From the NCBI GenBank assembly GCA_041082215.1, contig JBDOIF010000111.1, positions 62,001 to 102,175 of the forward strand: a DNA stretch of 40,175 nt, in the 5' to 3' direction. A program made the translations under genes and the position numbers. The DNA is from Anaerolineae bacterium. Lineage in GTDB: Bacteria > Chloroflexota > Anaerolineae > B4-G1 > DUEL01. Each line of letters starts with the position of its first letter. The stretch's first letter is position 1. Shown one piece after another: positions 38,351 to 40,175 of the stretch. The notes under the pieces were generated by a model that had not been told where the DNA came from, searched no databases, and saw only the letters and a program-made list of their open reading frames with translations.

Positions 38351-39708
38351 ACACAGAAGCGACATCTCCCTGCGATGAGAAGGGGGCCCGGTGGCCGCTC
38401 CTGATCGCTCTGGCGATCGCGCTGGTGGCGATGGTGGCGATGGACCGGCCGCTGGCCCGAGGGGACGGGCTGGCCTACTTTATGTGGCTCGATTCCATCG
38501 CCGGCGATGGGGATATGGACCTGGGCAATCAGGCCCAGATGTTTGCCCCCATCAACGCCTATCAGGTCTACTGGAATGAGGAGACGGGCCACTGGGCGAC
38601 CGATTTCGCCTACGGGTCGGCGATCCTTCTGGCTCCCACCCACTGGCTGGCGCGGTGTTTGGAGAGGGCCGGCTGGCTGATGGCCAACCTGGACTACTTT
38701 CTTTCCCTGCAGGGCCGGCCTCTGCCCTACAGCCTGCTGGGGATGCTGGGGGTGAACCTCTACGGCCTGGGGAGCGTTGCCCTCGCCTATGCCTGTGCCC
38801 GATTCTACGTCCGCCCCTTGCCGGCGGCGGCCGCCGCTCTGCTGGTGTTCCTCGGCACGCCGATGCTTTATTACGCCACCGTCGAACCTTTTTACGTCCA
38901 CGTCCCCGCCGCTTTCCTCGCCGCGCTGGTCCTTTTCCTCCTGCTTTACTGGAAAGAACGGCGAGGCAGTCCTCTGCTGGTGCTGGCAGCGGGCCTGGCT
39001 GGCGGGCTGGCCACACTGGTCCGCTGGCAGATGGCCCTCCTGGTCTGGGGGCTGGCACTCTGGCTTCCCTTCCATCGGAAGTGGCGGGAGCTGGCTCTCT
39101 TCGGGCTGGGTTTCTGGGCCATCGCCTGGCACATCCTCTACACCTGGAACTGGATGTTTGGCCGGCCCCTCGTCGTCTCCGCCACCGAGAGCGGCTTTCT
39201 CCGGCTGCCGGTCCATCTTCCCCAGGTCCTCTTCTCCGACGAGCGGGGGCTGTTCGTCTGGTCGCCGGTGGCCCTGCTGGGGGCGTTCGGCTGGGTGGCG
39301 CTGGCCCGCCGTCGGGTGTGGGTGGCCGTCGGGCTGGCGGCCGCTTTCCTGCTGGAGGCCGTCATCAACGGCGGCGTCGCCGACTGGTGGGCCGGCTGGT
39401 CCTTCGGCGCCCGCCGGATGACAGAGCTCTACGCCCCCTTTGCCCTCGGGCTGGCCGTCCTCCTCGGCCGGGTCGGGGGCCGGCCGGTCCGGGCCGTCCT
39501 CTGGACGGTAGCTGTGGCCTGTGTCCTCTTCAGCCTGTTGCTCTTCCTTTCCCACCTCAATTTCATCAACACTGTGCTCGACCGGCCTCAGGGAGATCGG
39601 GCGACAGTGGAGGTCCGGTATCAACTGACCCAATCCAGCTTTGGCGTCACCTGGCAGGTGATCAGGGAGCACTACGGACCCTGGGCCTGGAGCCGCCCGG
39701 GGCCGTGA
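38347..39708 (+). CDS. Polytopic membrane protein, GT-C (GT39/PMT-like) glycosyltransferase
   Basis: DGLAYF..SIAGDGDMD first loop, many TM helices, RGLFVWSP, WWAGWSFGARRM; GTGA overlap with the upstream gene. Confidence 0.75.
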   Translation: MNTEATSPCDEKGARWPLLIALAIALVAMVAMDRPLARGDGLAYFMWLDSIAGDGDMDLGNQAQMFAPINAYQVYWNEETGHWATDFAYGSAILLAPTHWLARCLERAGWLMANLDYFLSLQGRPLPYSLLGMLGVNLYGLGSVALAYACARFYVRPLPAAAAALLVFLGTPMLYYATVEPFYVHVPAAFLAALVLFLLLYWKERRGSPLLVLAAGLAGGLATLVRWQMALLVWGLALWLPFHRKWRELALFGLGFWAIAWHILYTWNWMFGRPLVVSATESGFLRLPVHLPQVLFSDERGLFVWSPVALLGAFGWVALARRRVWVAVGLAAAFLLEAVINGGVADWWAGWSFGARRMTELYAPFALGLAVLLGRVGGRPVRAVLWTVAVACVLFSLLLFLSHLNFINTVLDRPQGDRATVEVRYQLTQSSFGVTWQVIREHYGPWAWSRPGP

Positions 39709-39712
39709 AAAG

Positions 39713-39782
39713 AACCACAGAGACACGGGGGGCACTGAAGGAGGTCGAGAGAAACGCCGTGTTCTCTGTGTCACCGCGGTGA
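39713..39782. repeat. Palindromic pair of the CACAGAG/CTCTGTG repeat family
   Basis: AACCACAGAGACACGGGGGGCAC ... GTGTTCTCTGTGTCACCGCGGTG. Confidence 0.6.
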
Positions 39783-39805
39783 GAACGGGATCAAGGAGAG
39801 AGGCT

Positions 39806-40175
39806 ATGCGGAAAGAAAGCTTGAGTCTGCGAGGTGTCTTTCCCGCGCTGGTGACCCCCTTCGACCCGAAGACGGAGGAGGTGGACGAGGAGGCGTTCCG
39901 GCGGCTGATCCGCCATGTCCTCCCCTATGTGGACGGAGTGGTCACCAGCGGCACGACGGGGGAGTTCCCCTATCTCACCCGTGAAGAGCAGCGCCGCCTG
40001 GTCGAGATCGCGCGGGAAGAAGTAGGGGCGCACGGCAGTGCGCCCAATGCAGGGGCGCACGGCGGTGCACCCAATGCAGGGGCGCACGGCAGTGCGCCCA
40101 ATGTAGGGGCGCACAGCAGTGCGCCCAATGCATGGGCGCACGGCAGTGCGCCCCTGGTCATCGCCGGATGCGGGG
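39806..40175 (+). CDS. Dihydrodipicolinate synthase (DapA/NanA) family protein, 5' part, with in-frame REP-derived insertion
   Basis: Not in the ORF track because it runs off the end. MRKESLSLRGVFPALVTPFD...VDEEAFRRLI..GVVTSGTTGEFPYLTREEQRRLVEIAREEV-[repeat]-LVIAGCG; AAGGAG RBS. Confidence 0.9.
   Translation, partial: MRKESLSLRGVFPALVTPFDPKTEEVDEEAFRRLIRHVLPYVDGVVTSGTTGEFPYLTREEQRRLVEIAREEVGAHGSAPNAGAHGGAPNAGAHGSAPNVGAHSSAPNAWAHGSAPLVIAGCG
40022..40155 (+). repeat. Five tandem 27-bp GTAG-type REP palindromes inside the DapA-family ORF
   Basis: Units start at 40022, 40049, 40076, 40103 and 40130. Consensus GYAGGGGCGCACGGCAGTGCGCCCAAT; each folds GGGCGCAC/GTGCGCCC. Confidence 0.92.

Noticed and set aside
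27898..38365. Long minus-strand ORFs over the glycogen, MTase and GH-like genes
   Set aside because: Antisense shadows with no motifs; the plus-strand genes are strongly supported.
40022..40155. Possible CRISPR array
   Set aside because: Units are directly tandem with no unique spacers, no cas genes are present, and the array lies in-frame in a gene.
39791..40161. Minus-strand ORFs with (CIGRTAVRP)n or (LGALPCAP)n repeats
   Set aside because: Alternative-frame translations of the REP array; the DapA frame on the plus strand has family motifs and an RBS.

Overview
GC-rich bacterial chromosomal segment. Fused GlyQS, FPETGH-repeat secreted proteins, the 6S RNA style and the repeat families suggest Chloroflexota (Anaerolineae-like); this is an inference. 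In order it holds: a minus-strand fabF-fabH-carboxyltransferase-accC-accB-xdhC operon; recO and a fused glyQS; a TrkA/RCK membrane protein cluster; a lipoprotein DsbA-like/cyclophilin fusion whose redox motif contains an in-frame TGA (UxxC, probable selenoprotein), followed by a PrsW-family protease; GT4-rnj-TrmH-LysM genes; an AT-richer two-gene cassette; 6S RNA; a yqeC-like / MocA-NagD fusion / MoaD-ThiS operon; secreted and GNAT proteins; a glycogen cluster of glgA plus three GH57 enzymes with decayed TA/RAYT remnants at its junctions; a DNA methyltransferase fused to a probable PD-(D/E)XK nuclease; a GH-like/GT-C pair; and the start of a DapA-family gene carrying five in-frame GTAG-type REP palindromes. 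Several MITE/REP families lie between genes. The strongest signals are the Sec-containing DsbA-cyclophilin, the REP array translated inside the DapA-family protein, the MTase-nuclease fusion and the MocA-HAD fusion next to a degenerate YqeC. All family calls come from motif recognition, not database searches.
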